Shown: positions 10,353 through 19,172 of the stretch, in pieces
Layout: each line of letters opens with the position of its first letter
How positions within the stretch are numbered: position 1 is the stretch's first letter
IMG/VR virus record: IMGVR_UViG_3300028766_000004
Location: 24,969-88,968 of that record
From: a virus
Reading direction: 5' to 3' (one strand)
DNA length: 64,000 bases
Translations under genes and position numbers: made by a program
Notes under the pieces: generated by a model
Database searches by the model: none
The model's input: the letters and a program-made list of their open reading frames with translations, nothing else
Told to the model about the DNA's origin: nothing

Positions 10353-10653
10353 ACAAGTCGTATACAGGCTTCATATCGTACAAGTCCTCGAAATCTAATC
10401 CTTCTGGTTTCTCAGTCAACACCACTTCAAGTGTTGAAATAACCCACGCCATGTTTGAGAAACCAATCGGCAAATCAACACCTTCTGTTTTCTTAGCATT
10501 ATTCACAGATATTGCAAGAACATCTCTATTATTGGGGCGCTTGAATACGAACCTTCCTACTAAATCCTTGAAGCCTTCGATTTCAGCGCAGTTAACTACT
10601 AGCGGTATACTCGGGTCTATCGGTTTCTTATGTTCCAACTTTTGATCTGCCAT
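10276..10653 (-). CDS. Tail assembly chaperone (G)
   Basis: Between tube and TMP; SD AGGAGG; GRFVFKRP...STLEVVLTEKP...SFR. Confidence 0.75.
   Translation of the reverse strand: MADQKLEHKKPIDPSIPLVVNCAEIEGFKDLVGRFVFKRPNNRDVLAISVNNAKKTEGVDLPIGFSNMAWVISTLEVVLTEKPEGLDFEDLYDMKPVYDLYDVYTKWENSFRPVVSRKQEEVGEK
10318..10326 (-). other. Candidate +1 ribosomal frameshift site UCC UUU CGC
   Basis: In-frame TCC TTT CGC in G; slipping UUU->UUC enters the T frame. Confidence 0.55.
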
Positions 10654-10663
10654 AGGTTCCTCC

Positions 10664-10819
10664 TTATGGTTTAACTAGGTCTTCGGGCTTAATACTTTGG
10701 TTTTTTGATATTTGGAATAATTTTCCATCGCGGAAACGGAATGTCACTTCTCCATAGAACTTCTCTGTTTCAGCAACTTCTAATAGTCTAGTATAAGCTG
10801 CTTTCTCTGTATCCTTCAT
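10664..10819 (-). CDS. Small DUF2292/YezD-like protein (51 aa, not in ORF track)
   Basis: MKDTEKAAYTRLLEVAETEKFYGEVTFRFRDGKLFQISKNQSIKPEDLVKP; SD GGAG; stop overlaps next SD. Confidence 0.65.
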   Translation of the reverse strand: MKDTEKAAYTRLLEVAETEKFYGEVTFRFRDGKLFQISKNQSIKPEDLVKP

Positions 10820-10831
10820 ATTTACTCCAGC

Positions 10832-10879
10832 AAAAAAGCTGAGGATATGGGAGGGAAGACACCCACAACCTCAGCTTTT
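10832..10879 (-). terminator. Intrinsic terminator after tail tube (has a competing pairing)
   Basis: AAAAGCTGAGG...CCTCAGCTTTTTT hairpin. Confidence 0.75.
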
Positions 10880-10927
10880 GTTAAACTTTAAGACTGGGGT
10901 TCTTCCCTATCCCTTAGTTACCTTTAA

Positions 10928-11353
10928 TTACAGCGTACCCGACACGTCCAGGGCATTGAAGTTCGCCGAGCTTACCAAAATTGCGTGTTTCTGGATTTCG
11001 ATATCACCAGAGGCATACGAGCATCCGATAGCCTTTCTAAGCAGCGATCCGTCACCGTTATCATAAACTGCGATATCGAATACGAATCCTTGCATAACAC
11101 CGTCGGCATCCTTTGGAACAACGACACCAGCTTTATACATGCTTCCGAGGTTAAGCACCATGAATCTTGCGGAAACTGTGTACTTCGCCATGGTCGGAAC
11201 GTATTCCACCACACGAATGTTTCCAACTCCACTCGCCTCAGCAGGCGCGTAGTCTTCGTTAAATCGAACATCCTGTAGCAGGCCAATCTGTACACCGTCG
11301 AACATTACAACAGCCCGGTTACCACTACGAGTTTGAAGATTAATAGTAGCCAT
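10928..11353 (-). CDS. Tail tube protein
   Basis: 141 aa after sheath; QTRSGNR...IG..Q...GVGNI...EYV, SPO1/Twort-type tube. Confidence 0.85.
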   Translation of the reverse strand: MATINLQTRSGNRAVVMFDGVQIGLLQDVRFNEDYAPAEASGVGNIRVVEYVPTMAKYTVSARFMVLNLGSMYKAGVVVPKDADGVMQGFVFDIAVYDNGDGSLLRKAIGCSYASGDIEIQKHAILVSSANFNALDVSGTL

Positions 11354-11370
11354 AAATCAAATCCTCCCTA

Positions 11371-13473
11371 TTAGGAACCAGCCACCGTAGAACTAACCGA
11401 CGCTGAACCAACATACGGCACGGTAGAGATATTTACTAGAACATAATTTGCTGGGATTGCAGGAGAAATCTGGAACGACACATTAATCGTATCTCCGCCG
11501 CCCGTTGATGCCGTAATATTTTGATAAGAAGGCGAATTAGCGTCACCAACAATCAAGTTATCGGTAGTTGCCTGCTTCAAAATCGTTTCAGCAACTGAAA
11601 CAGCTAGTGCTAAAGTGATTGGTGAGACTACCTGCCCAACAACATCGTCGTCGAGAGCGTCTTGCACTCTACGAGACACAGTGTCGATAGCCATCTTAGT
11701 ACTGATTTCAGTGTGTGCCCAGCTGGTTGTTTGTGTCCAAGTTGTGCGGCTCTGGCAGATTCTATACCCCTTGTTTTGTACGTACTGTAGCGGCGAAATT
11801 CCACCAAGCAATAACGTATTAAGGTCGGAAGGTGTATAAGTTGTCTCCAATGCAACAACATTTGAAGGGTACTTGTGTGTCAGCGGAACACCCGGAGCCA
11901 CTGCAGCTAGCATTCCAGCGTATAGAGCAGCTGTGAAGCAAGATGAAGCAACTTGTAGATTCTGGTTAACATCGTAATACGAAATACCGGGAGATGCCAA
12001 CAGAATTCTATCCGTATTTAATGCTGTAGCCCTAGCCACAATGGTTGCAACCGGGTTGGAACCGTTAGGCAGGTATTCGCCCAAAGCACCGCCGCAAATT
12101 CCAACACGAGGCATCCTTCCAGGTCCAGCCATATAGCTGCAATGTGTGCTTACGGCAGCGTGAATAGAGGCGTTAGTCGATGTCGGGATGATGATTTGAC
12201 AATCAACATTCTGAAGTGAAGCTATGGAATTTGTCCAATCCGTTACAGTGCTTGTTCCTTCCGTGCCACCAACCAAAAACTGATTATTTGCGGAGAAATA
12301 CGGAAGAACAGCTAGAGGATTAACAGCGCGTGCAGCACTAATAAACGGTGTGCTTGGAGCGTTCAACCAATCAATCAAGGCCTGAAGATTAGCATTGAAT
12401 GACACCGCTGAAGCTTTGATATTCACAGCCGAAACGTTATCAAACTGTGAAGCAGTCGTGTAGGTTCCGTTGTTGTTCAAAACGGTTGCTTGGTATATTC
12501 CAGTTGCATTGAGATAATCGGCAAGATTCTGCACGGTTGTGTATGTAGCAAACAATAGATTCAACGATTCACCTACTGTTGCTGATGTGGTCACAAATGC
12601 AGTATCGTTAACAGTCGCTGTGCATGTTCCAGCAGTACCTACGTATTGCACCTGAAGCAACGGGCGAGCTAGGTTGTCTTGTGTGACCGTTCCACCAACT
12701 ATATTTCCAACCGTTGTCAAACCAACCGTTGCTTTTATTCCTGATACAGAACCAGCTGCAAACTTAAAATATATTTGGCTCGTATACAAGCCGTAATCAT
12801 CAGATGTGATGGTTATCAGTGTGTTTCCCGTACCAGTGGTTAGCGTTCCAGCTGAAGCAACAAGAGTTACACCTGTGCCAGTTGAAACCGTTGTGATGGC
12901 ATTGCCGTCTACGCCAGCTGTACGAGCGGTTAGAGTAATCACAGCTGCAACAGCTGTAGCAGTAACACCAGTTAAGCTATTTCCAAGGGCAGCGTTCGTG
13001 TTTATCGCTAATGCCAGCGAAGTAGCAACACCACTAATGTTTGTATCACCAGCTTGAGTTGTGTAGCTGACGAGAACTCCGCCGATTGTTGCAGTCAACA
13101 CGACGCCAGCGGCGAATGTTCCGCCGACAGTCAGTGTTCCAGTAGCCTTTGTTCCAGCAACATCAAGCACACGAGCACTTGATGAAGTTGCGGAGTTGGC
13201 ACGGACTACGTAAATGTTTGTAGCACCACCAGTTTCAGCGGATGGAGAAAACGCCAGAAGCGTTGCATTCAGCAAATCGCCACTGCGAAGTAGGCTACGA
13301 GCGGTTGTCGGGTCTGACACTAACACAGGCCGTTGTGGAACGCCAGCAGTGCATGTGCCAACAATCGCCAAAACGTTCTGCGCGCCTGGATTTAGATTCA
13401 AAAGCTGTGAATCATCAACCGCCACGCTTGCTTGTGGTTGCACAATAAATTGACCATTAAATACAGTTGGCAT
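11371..13473 (-). CDS. Contractile tail sheath protein with inserted beta-domain
   Basis: AR.LLRSGDLL.A..AF.P, PLTHK, GYRICQ..TT, PAIPANYV. Confidence 0.9.
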   Translation of the reverse strand: MPTVFNGQFIVQPQASVAVDDSQLLNLNPGAQNVLAIVGTCTAGVPQRPVLVSDPTTARSLLRSGDLLNATLLAFSPSAETGGATNIYVVRANSATSSSARVLDVAGTKATGTLTVGGTFAAGVVLTATIGGVLVSYTTQAGDTNISGVATSLALAINTNAALGNSLTGVTATAVAAVITLTARTAGVDGNAITTVSTGTGVTLVASAGTLTTGTGNTLITITSDDYGLYTSQIYFKFAAGSVSGIKATVGLTTVGNIVGGTVTQDNLARPLLQVQYVGTAGTCTATVNDTAFVTTSATVGESLNLLFATYTTVQNLADYLNATGIYQATVLNNNGTYTTASQFDNVSAVNIKASAVSFNANLQALIDWLNAPSTPFISAARAVNPLAVLPYFSANNQFLVGGTEGTSTVTDWTNSIASLQNVDCQIIIPTSTNASIHAAVSTHCSYMAGPGRMPRVGICGGALGEYLPNGSNPVATIVARATALNTDRILLASPGISYYDVNQNLQVASSCFTAALYAGMLAAVAPGVPLTHKYPSNVVALETTYTPSDLNTLLLGGISPLQYVQNKGYRICQSRTTWTQTTSWAHTEISTKMAIDTVSRRVQDALDDDVVGQVVSPITLALAVSVAETILKQATTDNLIVGDANSPSYQNITASTGGGDTINVSFQISPAIPANYVLVNISTVPYVGSASVSSTVAGS
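13039..13146. repeat. 108-bp exact repeat, copy 1 (sheath insert)
   Basis: Identical to 25513-25620. Confidence 0.95.
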
Positions 13474-13498
13474 ATATCACCCTCTCACAACCTTCAGG

Positions 13499-13693
13499 TT
13501 AAACCGGAAGGTTTTTGAATTCTGCCAAGCGTAACTCAAATTCATTTTCAGTAGCTTGGGTAACGTGTTTAACATTTTCCATCCAATGTGCAAAGCCGCC
13601 AAGTATCTCGACTCTCTTAGATTTATAAAGTGGATGCTGATTGAGAAATTCAATCAAACTTATCCGGGGTGCTTTGATTTTTTCGTTTGCCAT
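13499..13693 (-). CDS. Small protein upstream of sheath
   Basis: 64 aa with SD; position typical of myovirus tail modules. Confidence 0.6.
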   Translation of the reverse strand: MANEKIKAPRISLIEFLNQHPLYKSKRVEILGGFAHWMENVKHVTQATENEFELRLAEFKNLPV

Positions 13694-13715
13694 TCCCCTA
13701 TTCCTCTTTCGCTAC

Positions 13716-14387
13716 TTAAACATTTGTTTGAACCGAAGTCCCGTAAACTTGGGGTACTACGATTGGAGTAGATGTAGCAGCAACAACAACATCATTTCTC
13801 TTGATACAATAATCCAAACAGCCATTTGTGTTTATATTCAAATACCTAATATAAACCATACTCGGCGCAAAACTTTTAGAGTCTAATTGCATTGGCATTC
13901 CAGATGTATTTGCAATGCTGACAGCCTGAAAAGAGTCTCTCAGTAATAGTACACAGTATTTTACGAAAGAATACAAGTAAAGAGTTGTAGCTGGATTGGT
14001 GCTGAACACTCCAATCGAAAAAGATTTGGCGTAAACTGAGCCAGATTGAATTTCTAGTTTCCCGGTGTCAGTATTTATATCACTATTAATGAACTCACCT
14101 ACCACCGGGTCTTCTTGCTCGTTACCAACTTCGACATCGATGCAAGGAATACTTGCATTCCCTACAGGAAATTGGAGAACAAACCTTAAATCGTCATCTG
14201 TATTACCTGTAGCCATTGCAGTAAAAATATCAGCTATCGAAGCTTGATTTCCATTCCATTGTCCGGTAGTAGGCAAAGCACCAAAAATATCAGGGATCAT
14301 ATCGGTGTCGCTGCCAATAGCAGCTATCATCGTTGTCCATTGAGCCTTAATTGCGGATAGTAGTTCCAACTCAAAGATTTTTATCAC
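13716..14387 (-). CDS. Putative tail terminator / neck completion protein
   Basis: FP.....PCI.V.....E pattern; position between neck and sheath. Confidence 0.55.
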   Translation of the reverse strand: MIKIFELELLSAIKAQWTTMIAAIGSDTDMIPDIFGALPTTGQWNGNQASIADIFTAMATGNTDDDLRFVLQFPVGNASIPCIDVEVGNEQEDPVVGEFINSDINTDTGKLEIQSGSVYAKSFSIGVFSTNPATTLYLYSFVKYCVLLLRDSFQAVSIANTSGMPMQLDSKSFAPSMVYIRYLNINTNGCLDYCIKRNDVVVAATSTPIVVPQVYGTSVQTNV

Positions 14388-15094
14388 AGCGATGCTCCAG
14401 CATTTGCCCCATTTCCACCCAAGAATTCCAACTTAATCATGAATCTGACTGGCATCATTTGGAACTCGTCGGTCGGGTTATTGAATTTTACGAACGTGTC
14501 TCGTATGTAGTTAGGCGTATCCATCACTATCCAAGTAGGGCGGGTCATATAACGGAATGAAACAGCTTGCCCTTCTGTCGAAACAGTTTCGGTTACCCAT
14601 GTGATTTTACCATCTGTACCCAAGGTATAATCCGTTCCTTGTACAAGCGGCGTAACCGTGTTCTTTGCAGTAGATGTAACAGCGTACAGCACATTTCCAA
14701 CTGGAGTGTAAGACAACCAATCACCACTATTAACGTTGTTGGTGTGTAACACCATGTCATTAAAAATAACTTGGCTATCTATATTTGTAATCCTGTCGAA
14801 CAAAGACATGAAATTCACATGCTCAACAGTAAGATATGCTTCACCGAGATTCAAAATACCAAGGTTGTGCTGAGCGTCTGGTTGTTTCTGTTCCCTATTA
14901 ATCAAACCCCTTATGGTAGATGAAGTGTAGTAGTATCTACCAGTTCCGTCGCACACATTGCAATCAGCTACAGCCTGCCTCGTAGTCGGGTCTACACAAG
15001 GGCAAGGGATTTGCTTTTCCCAAAGAAGATTCAGTCCTTTGGTGTTTATCAAATCTATGAATTGTTGAGGATCAAAATCTACTCGCTGTAGCAC
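14384..15094 (-). CDS. Neck / head-closure protein
   Basis: WEK..PCPC......DC.VC.GTG pattern of SPO1/Twort-type neck proteins. Confidence 0.7.
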   Translation of the reverse strand: MLQRVDFDPQQFIDLINTKGLNLLWEKQIPCPCVDPTTRQAVADCNVCDGTGRYYYTSSTIRGLINREQKQPDAQHNLGILNLGEAYLTVEHVNFMSLFDRITNIDSQVIFNDMVLHTNNVNSGDWLSYTPVGNVLYAVTSTAKNTVTPLVQGTDYTLGTDGKITWVTETVSTEGQAVSFRYMTRPTWIVMDTPNYIRDTFVKFNNPTDEFQMMPVRFMIKLEFLGGNGANAGASL

Positions 15095-15095
15095 G

Positions 15096-15827
15096 TTAAA
15101 TCACCGTGAACGGAATACCTCTGTACTCAGCCATCAAGGTATTAACCAATTCCTGAATCTGTTCGTTATATGAGTTTATTCTTCCACTATAAGGACCATA
15201 TTTACCACCCATGACACTCATGGTCTGCGACAAACCGTCTTCACCAATACTTTGGCTCTGTATTCCGGGATTCAATACAGTGGAATTATTCATTACATGA
15301 ATTGCAGCTTTCATACCAATAATGGCATTAACAATGTCTGGAACCTTGCCGGTGTCGAATCCAGCGGTATACGATACGTGGAACAACGATGGCAAACTAT
15401 TCAAACGTCCCATTAATGGTAGCCAGTTTCCACCTTGACCGATGAGCACTTGAGATAGTGTTCCAGCAGTTGGTATTAGCTGAATCTGACCAGCTTTCTT
15501 TCTCAATTTAACCCACGGCTGAGGAAATATCATTATTGATTGGCCTGTTGGGTAGATAGCTTGTACTGATTGAACGGATAGTACGGGGTAATGATATAAG
15601 GCAATATAGCAATAATCTTGATATTGCTCTACATAGTAATCATGCTGTTCGTCTTCAATAATCTCAGGTGCTATAAACACCTTATGAGTCATACTGAACC
15701 AAGCGACGGCATTAATTATAGCGGTATCGAACAGGGAATCAGGGAGAGCGACACCGTTTTGGTCGGTGAGCTTAACACCGCTCAAATAATTCGCTATTAA
15801 GTCTGCTTCAACTATTAAGTTTGCCAT
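15096..15827 (-). CDS. Head-tail adaptor / connector
   Basis: YPVLSV, GQIQLIP, VSYTAGF...VP, GIQSQSIGEDGLSQT. Confidence 0.75.
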   Translation of the reverse strand: MANLIVEADLIANYLSGVKLTDQNGVALPDSLFDTAIINAVAWFSMTHKVFIAPEIIEDEQHDYYVEQYQDYCYIALYHYPVLSVQSVQAIYPTGQSIMIFPQPWVKLRKKAGQIQLIPTAGTLSQVLIGQGGNWLPLMGRLNSLPSLFHVSYTAGFDTGKVPDIVNAIIGMKAAIHVMNNSTVLNPGIQSQSIGEDGLSQTMSVMGGKYGPYSGRINSYNEQIQELVNTLMAEYRGIPFTVI

Positions 15828-15838
15828 GTTTTAATCAT

Positions 15839-15877
15839 ACAACTCACATCGCTATGTTGTATAGCGAAGTGAGTTGT
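15839..15877. terminator. Intergenic hairpin / possible terminator
   Basis: ACAACTCACATCGCTAT-GTTGT-ATAGCGAAGTGAGTTGT (1 mismatch); weak U-tract. Confidence 0.5.
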
Positions 15878-15880
15878 GAA

Positions 15881-16075
15881 TTACTTCTTTGTCGTTACGG
15901 GAGTTGCCTTAACTGTGCTCTGTTGACCAGCTATGATAGACGTATTCAGTGCGGTATGTGTATGAGCATTGAATTGGGATGTTAGGAGAGCGATATCAGT
16001 CGTCAACTGATTCACTTGTTTAATCAGCTCTGCCACCACTCCAGACCCACCCGAGTCGTCTAAAACTAATGCCAT
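15881..16075 (-). CDS. Small coiled-coil + HTH(T) protein, paralog 1
   Basis: SD GGAGG; QVNQL..DI..L...FNAHTHTA. Confidence 0.7.
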   Translation of the reverse strand: MALVLDDSGGSGVVAELIKQVNQLTTDIALLTSQFNAHTHTALNTSIIAGQQSTVKATPVTTKK

Positions 16076-16121
16076 AATAATCCTCCAATATAGACCTTGT
16101 GCGTATTAAGAACCATCGTGT

Positions 16122-16316
16122 TTAATACTTCGTATTAATGGTCTGCGCTGCGGGTGTAGTTTGGAAACCTGCGATTACAGCTGTACCGTTCGCTGTGTGT
16201 GTATGGGTATTGTGTGCGATTGCTAGTGCATTAATGTCTGCCTGCAACTGATTCACCTGTATTAAGAGCTGTGTAAGAATGGCGATTCCGCCATCATTAT
16301 TTACTGTTACTGTCAT
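16122..16316 (-). CDS. Small coiled-coil + HTH(T) protein, paralog 2
   Basis: SD GGAGG; QVNQL..DI..L...HNTHTHTA. Confidence 0.7.
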   Translation of the reverse strand: MTVTVNNDGGIAILTQLLIQVNQLQADINALAIAHNTHTHTANGTAVIAGFQTTPAAQTINTKY

Positions 16317-16337
16317 GATAATCCTCCAATCTTACTT

Positions 16338-16697
16338 TTATGTTGTCGTAGCGTCTGCAGCGGAAACTTTTTCAAGCTCAATAGCTGCTTGAACCTCGTC
16401 GTCAACTGCTTTGGCAGCTTCTGCGGCTTTCGTAGCTTCTACGGCTTTTGCGGCTTCAACGGCTTTTGCGGCTTTAGCAACCTCTGCTGCTTTTGCGGAA
16501 GCTACAACTGCTGTAACTACAACTGGCGCTACAACTGACGCTTCTGGAACTAAAAAGAATACACCTGGAAATGAGCTTAAGAACAAATCGGCTACTTCCT
16601 GATCTACAGTTGCTATTCCTGATGCATCAGTTGTTACATTACCAGAAGATGTAATAAGGGTTTCGTTACGTTTTGTATAGCATTGAATCTTTGGCAT
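16338..16697 (-). CDS. Ala/Lys-repeat virion-associated protein
   Basis: AKAVEA-type repeats at about 16410-16500; position after capsid gene. Confidence 0.6.
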   Translation of the reverse strand: MPKIQCYTKRNETLITSSGNVTTDASGIATVDQEVADLFLSSFPGVFFLVPEASVVAPVVVTAVVASAKAAEVAKAAKAVEAAKAVEATKAAEAAKAVDDEVQAAIELEKVSAADATTT

Positions 16698-16711
16698 ATT
16701 GGCTCCAAATC

Positions 16712-17039
16712 CTAAGCTGCTTGCGCTTCAACACAGTTATCTTGCTGAAACTCCACAAACTTATTATATTTTCTTTTTATATGGATGTCATCATCTTCTT
16801 TGTACTTTCGCCATTTCTTGTACTTTCTTTCCATAGGAACAACCTTGCTGCTATATAGCCAATCGCCCAACGTTTCAAATTGCTTACGACCACCAACACT
16901 CCACTTCCAACATTGCTTGCCTTTAACATTCTCTAAACTTCCACCAACATTAAGCGTACTACTAACAACATCTTTCAACCATTTACAGGTTTCTTCTGTG
17001 TTTGTGATAGAAAATGTGAATGCACGAACTTTATTGTTG
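16712..17039 (-). pseudogene. C-terminal fragment of LAGLIDADG-type homing endonuclease
   Basis: FSITN...W....GGRKQ...GDWLY......MERKY; begins at the IS right end. Confidence 0.65.
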
Positions 17040-17190
17040 TTGATACTCCCCACGAATAAATTCGGGGGATTCTAGCGTTCTTTCGAACGCCTTAACTGTT
17101 TCAACCAGCGTAGCTGAATTTCTCTAGACTTACACACTGTCCGCAGTCGTTTAACGACTCCATGTATCCCAAGGCGTCGAGTATCCTGAT
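17020..17190 (-). ncRNA. Putative TnpB omega/reRNA (5' boundary approximate) with flank-derived guide
   Basis: Overlaps tnpB 3' end and right end; hairpins GCGTTCGAAAGAACGC and RE hairpin; inferred from IS605 biology. Confidence 0.5.
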
Positions 17191-18276
17191 TCCTTCCGCT
17201 TTCAGATTTAGAGATGCGTTTCCATCCCGGCTGTGATGACTTCCACAAGAAGGACAGTTCCACTCTCTATCTGAAAGAGTTAGGTTATTGTTTTTGTATC
17301 CGCATTCGCTGCACAGTTTCGTGCTTGGAAAGAACCTATCAACCTGGACTGCGTGCCTGTTATTCCAAAGTGATTTATACTTCCATTGTCGAACTGTTTC
17401 TCCGAATGCGGCATCGAGCATCGACTTAGCCAGCTTGGTTTTCGCAAGACCTTTGATGCTTAAATCTTCAAGACACAGCGCTGGATACTTTTCAACCAGA
17501 CCATGCGTTAGTTGATGAGCAAAATTACTCCGTAGATTTGAAATCCGTTCATAGACCTTTGCAACAGCGGCAACTGCTTTGGCACGGTTACGACTACCTT
17601 TAACGCGACGGCACACCTTTTGTTGAGCTTTCTTTAGCTTTTGAGCATGACGACGGTAGAACTTTGGAACTGAGACCTCGTCCCCGTCAGACAGCGTTAG
17701 ATATGTATTCAATCCAAGATCGCCACCTTGCACCTGCTCAGGTTTTACCTTTGGCAAACATTCTGTTAATTCAAACTCAGAAACTAATATAACAAACCAA
17801 CGACCCGTTGCTGTGCGCTTAAATGTCGCTGATTTTGTTTCACCGTCAATGATTCGTGATTGACGTATCTTTATCCAGCCGATCTTAGGAACATACACTT
17901 TACCATCTTTTACCACTACTCTCTGTGGTATACGGAAGGTTTGTTTTGTACTCTTCTTGGTTTTGAATACAGGAAATCCGGCATTCATCTTTGGGTTGAA
18001 ATGGTTATCGTATGCACGCTTCAAATTCTTTAGAACCTGCTGCAACGACTGTGAATCAAAATCGTACATCCACGGCCTAGACTCTTTGAATTTAGTGAGT
18101 TCCACGGATAATCGTGACTGAGATATGCTTTTCTTGTTTTCTTTGTAGAATGTCCGGCAGCAATCCAAAGCAAGGTTCCACACAAGCCTAGATGCCCCCG
18201 CTTGGCACAAAAGTTTCTGTGCTTCGTCAGACGTTGGCTCCATGCGGAATTTGAACACCTTGCGTTGTTTAGACAT
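17101..18276 (-). CDS. tnpB: TnpB RNA-guided endonuclease
   Basis: RuvC GDLGL, LEDL, RDGNA; Zn finger CSECG..CPSCG; N-terminal HTH; start probably MSKQRK. Confidence 0.93.
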   Translation of the reverse strand: MSKQRKVFKFRMEPTSDEAQKLLCQAGASRLVWNLALDCCRTFYKENKKSISQSRLSVELTKFKESRPWMYDFDSQSLQQVLKNLKRAYDNHFNPKMNAGFPVFKTKKSTKQTFRIPQRVVVKDGKVYVPKIGWIKIRQSRIIDGETKSATFKRTATGRWFVILVSEFELTECLPKVKPEQVQGGDLGLNTYLTLSDGDEVSVPKFYRRHAQKLKKAQQKVCRRVKGSRNRAKAVAAVAKVYERISNLRSNFAHQLTHGLVEKYPALCLEDLSIKGLAKTKLAKSMLDAAFGETVRQWKYKSLWNNRHAVQVDRFFPSTKLCSECGYKNNNLTLSDREWNCPSCGSHHSRDGNASLNLKAEGIRILDALGYMESLNDCGQCVSLEKFSYAG

Positions 18277-18670
18277 TTTTCTGATTTTCAACGTACTGTT
18301 TTATTACTTCCAGTGGAGACCCGCCAACTGTTGAAACAAAATAGCTATTTGTCCACAACGTCGGCAACTTTGATTTCAGCGTTCTAAACTCATTTCTCAG
18401 CGTGTGAGATGAAACACCCTTCATGTTCTTGACAAGGCGGTGAATGCCAAACTGAGGATCAATTTCCACGAGTACGTGAACATGGTCTGGCATGATTTCT
18501 AGCGCAATTACTTCTGCCTTATACTTCTCTGCCACTTGCCTAATGACAGATTCGCACCGTGCTGCAATATCACCAATCAAAACACTGCGCCTATACTTCG
18601 GCGTCCATACCACATGGTACTTGCTCGAATACACCACATTTAAGTTCGATTTGTAGCCTTCTAGTGCCAT
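18269..18670 (-). CDS. tnpA: Y1 HUH transposase TnpA
   Basis: YHVVWTPKYRR, DHVH, LWTNSYFVSTVG, YVENQ. Confidence 0.95.
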   Translation of the reverse strand: MALEGYKSNLNVVYSSKYHVVWTPKYRRSVLIGDIAARCESVIRQVAEKYKAEVIALEIMPDHVHVLVEIDPQFGIHRLVKNMKGVSSHTLRNEFRTLKSKLPTLWTNSYFVSTVGGSPLEVIKQYVENQKNV

Positions 18671-18778
18671 AACAAAACTATACAGTACATCGGTATATAT
18701 GGTAAAGAACTATTTTTCTACGCAAAACACGCCTTATATCCCCATGCCTAAAGGCAGGGGCTTTACGGCGCTTTCTCG

Positions 18779-19058
18779 GTAACCCTTGATAACGAGCCAA
18801 TGTCCCAACGGCATTTTCTGTTCTACCAAGCATTTTGGCAAGTTCTTTTGTAGACATCGAGGAATAATTGTCAGAAAGCAATTTCCGTTCTTCTTCAGTA
18901 TATGCGTCATGATTTCTGCTATATCCCAAACGTTGAATCTTCAATTTTACAGATGCTTCCGTTCTGTCAAGATAACTCGCTATTTCCATCAACGATTTAT
19001 CTTTGTAGTTGGCGGATATATATTCGATTTCTTGCGTGTTCCAGCTCTTCTTTATCAT
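18779..19058 (-). pseudogene. N-terminal fragment (two HTH-like repeats) of IS-disrupted endonuclease gene
   Basis: W..QE..Y...NY....EIA..L.RT..SV repeated twice; truncated at IS left end. Confidence 0.6.
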
Positions 19059-19115
19059 GATTTTAGTATGACAGAAAACAGAATTTTGCGTACCACCCAA
19101 ATAAAATAACAGCGC

Positions 19116-19148
19116 AAAAAGAAAACGGGCGCTGTAAAAGCGCCCGTT
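19116..19148 (-). terminator. Intrinsic terminator after major capsid gene
   Basis: AACGGGCGC-TTTTACA-GCGCCCGTTTTCTTTTT. Confidence 0.85.
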
Positions 19149-19172
19149 GTTAAGTTGTTTATTATCAATGTT

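Larger units (their letters stand above)
17040..18778 (-). mobile_element. IS200/IS605-family element (IS608-like ends)
   Basis: LE: TTAC|CGAGAAAGCGCCGT-AAAG-CCCCTGCCTTTAGGCATGGGG; RE: GAAT-CCCCCGAATTTATTCGTGGGG-AGTA-TCAA|; tnpA+tnpB. Confidence 0.9.
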
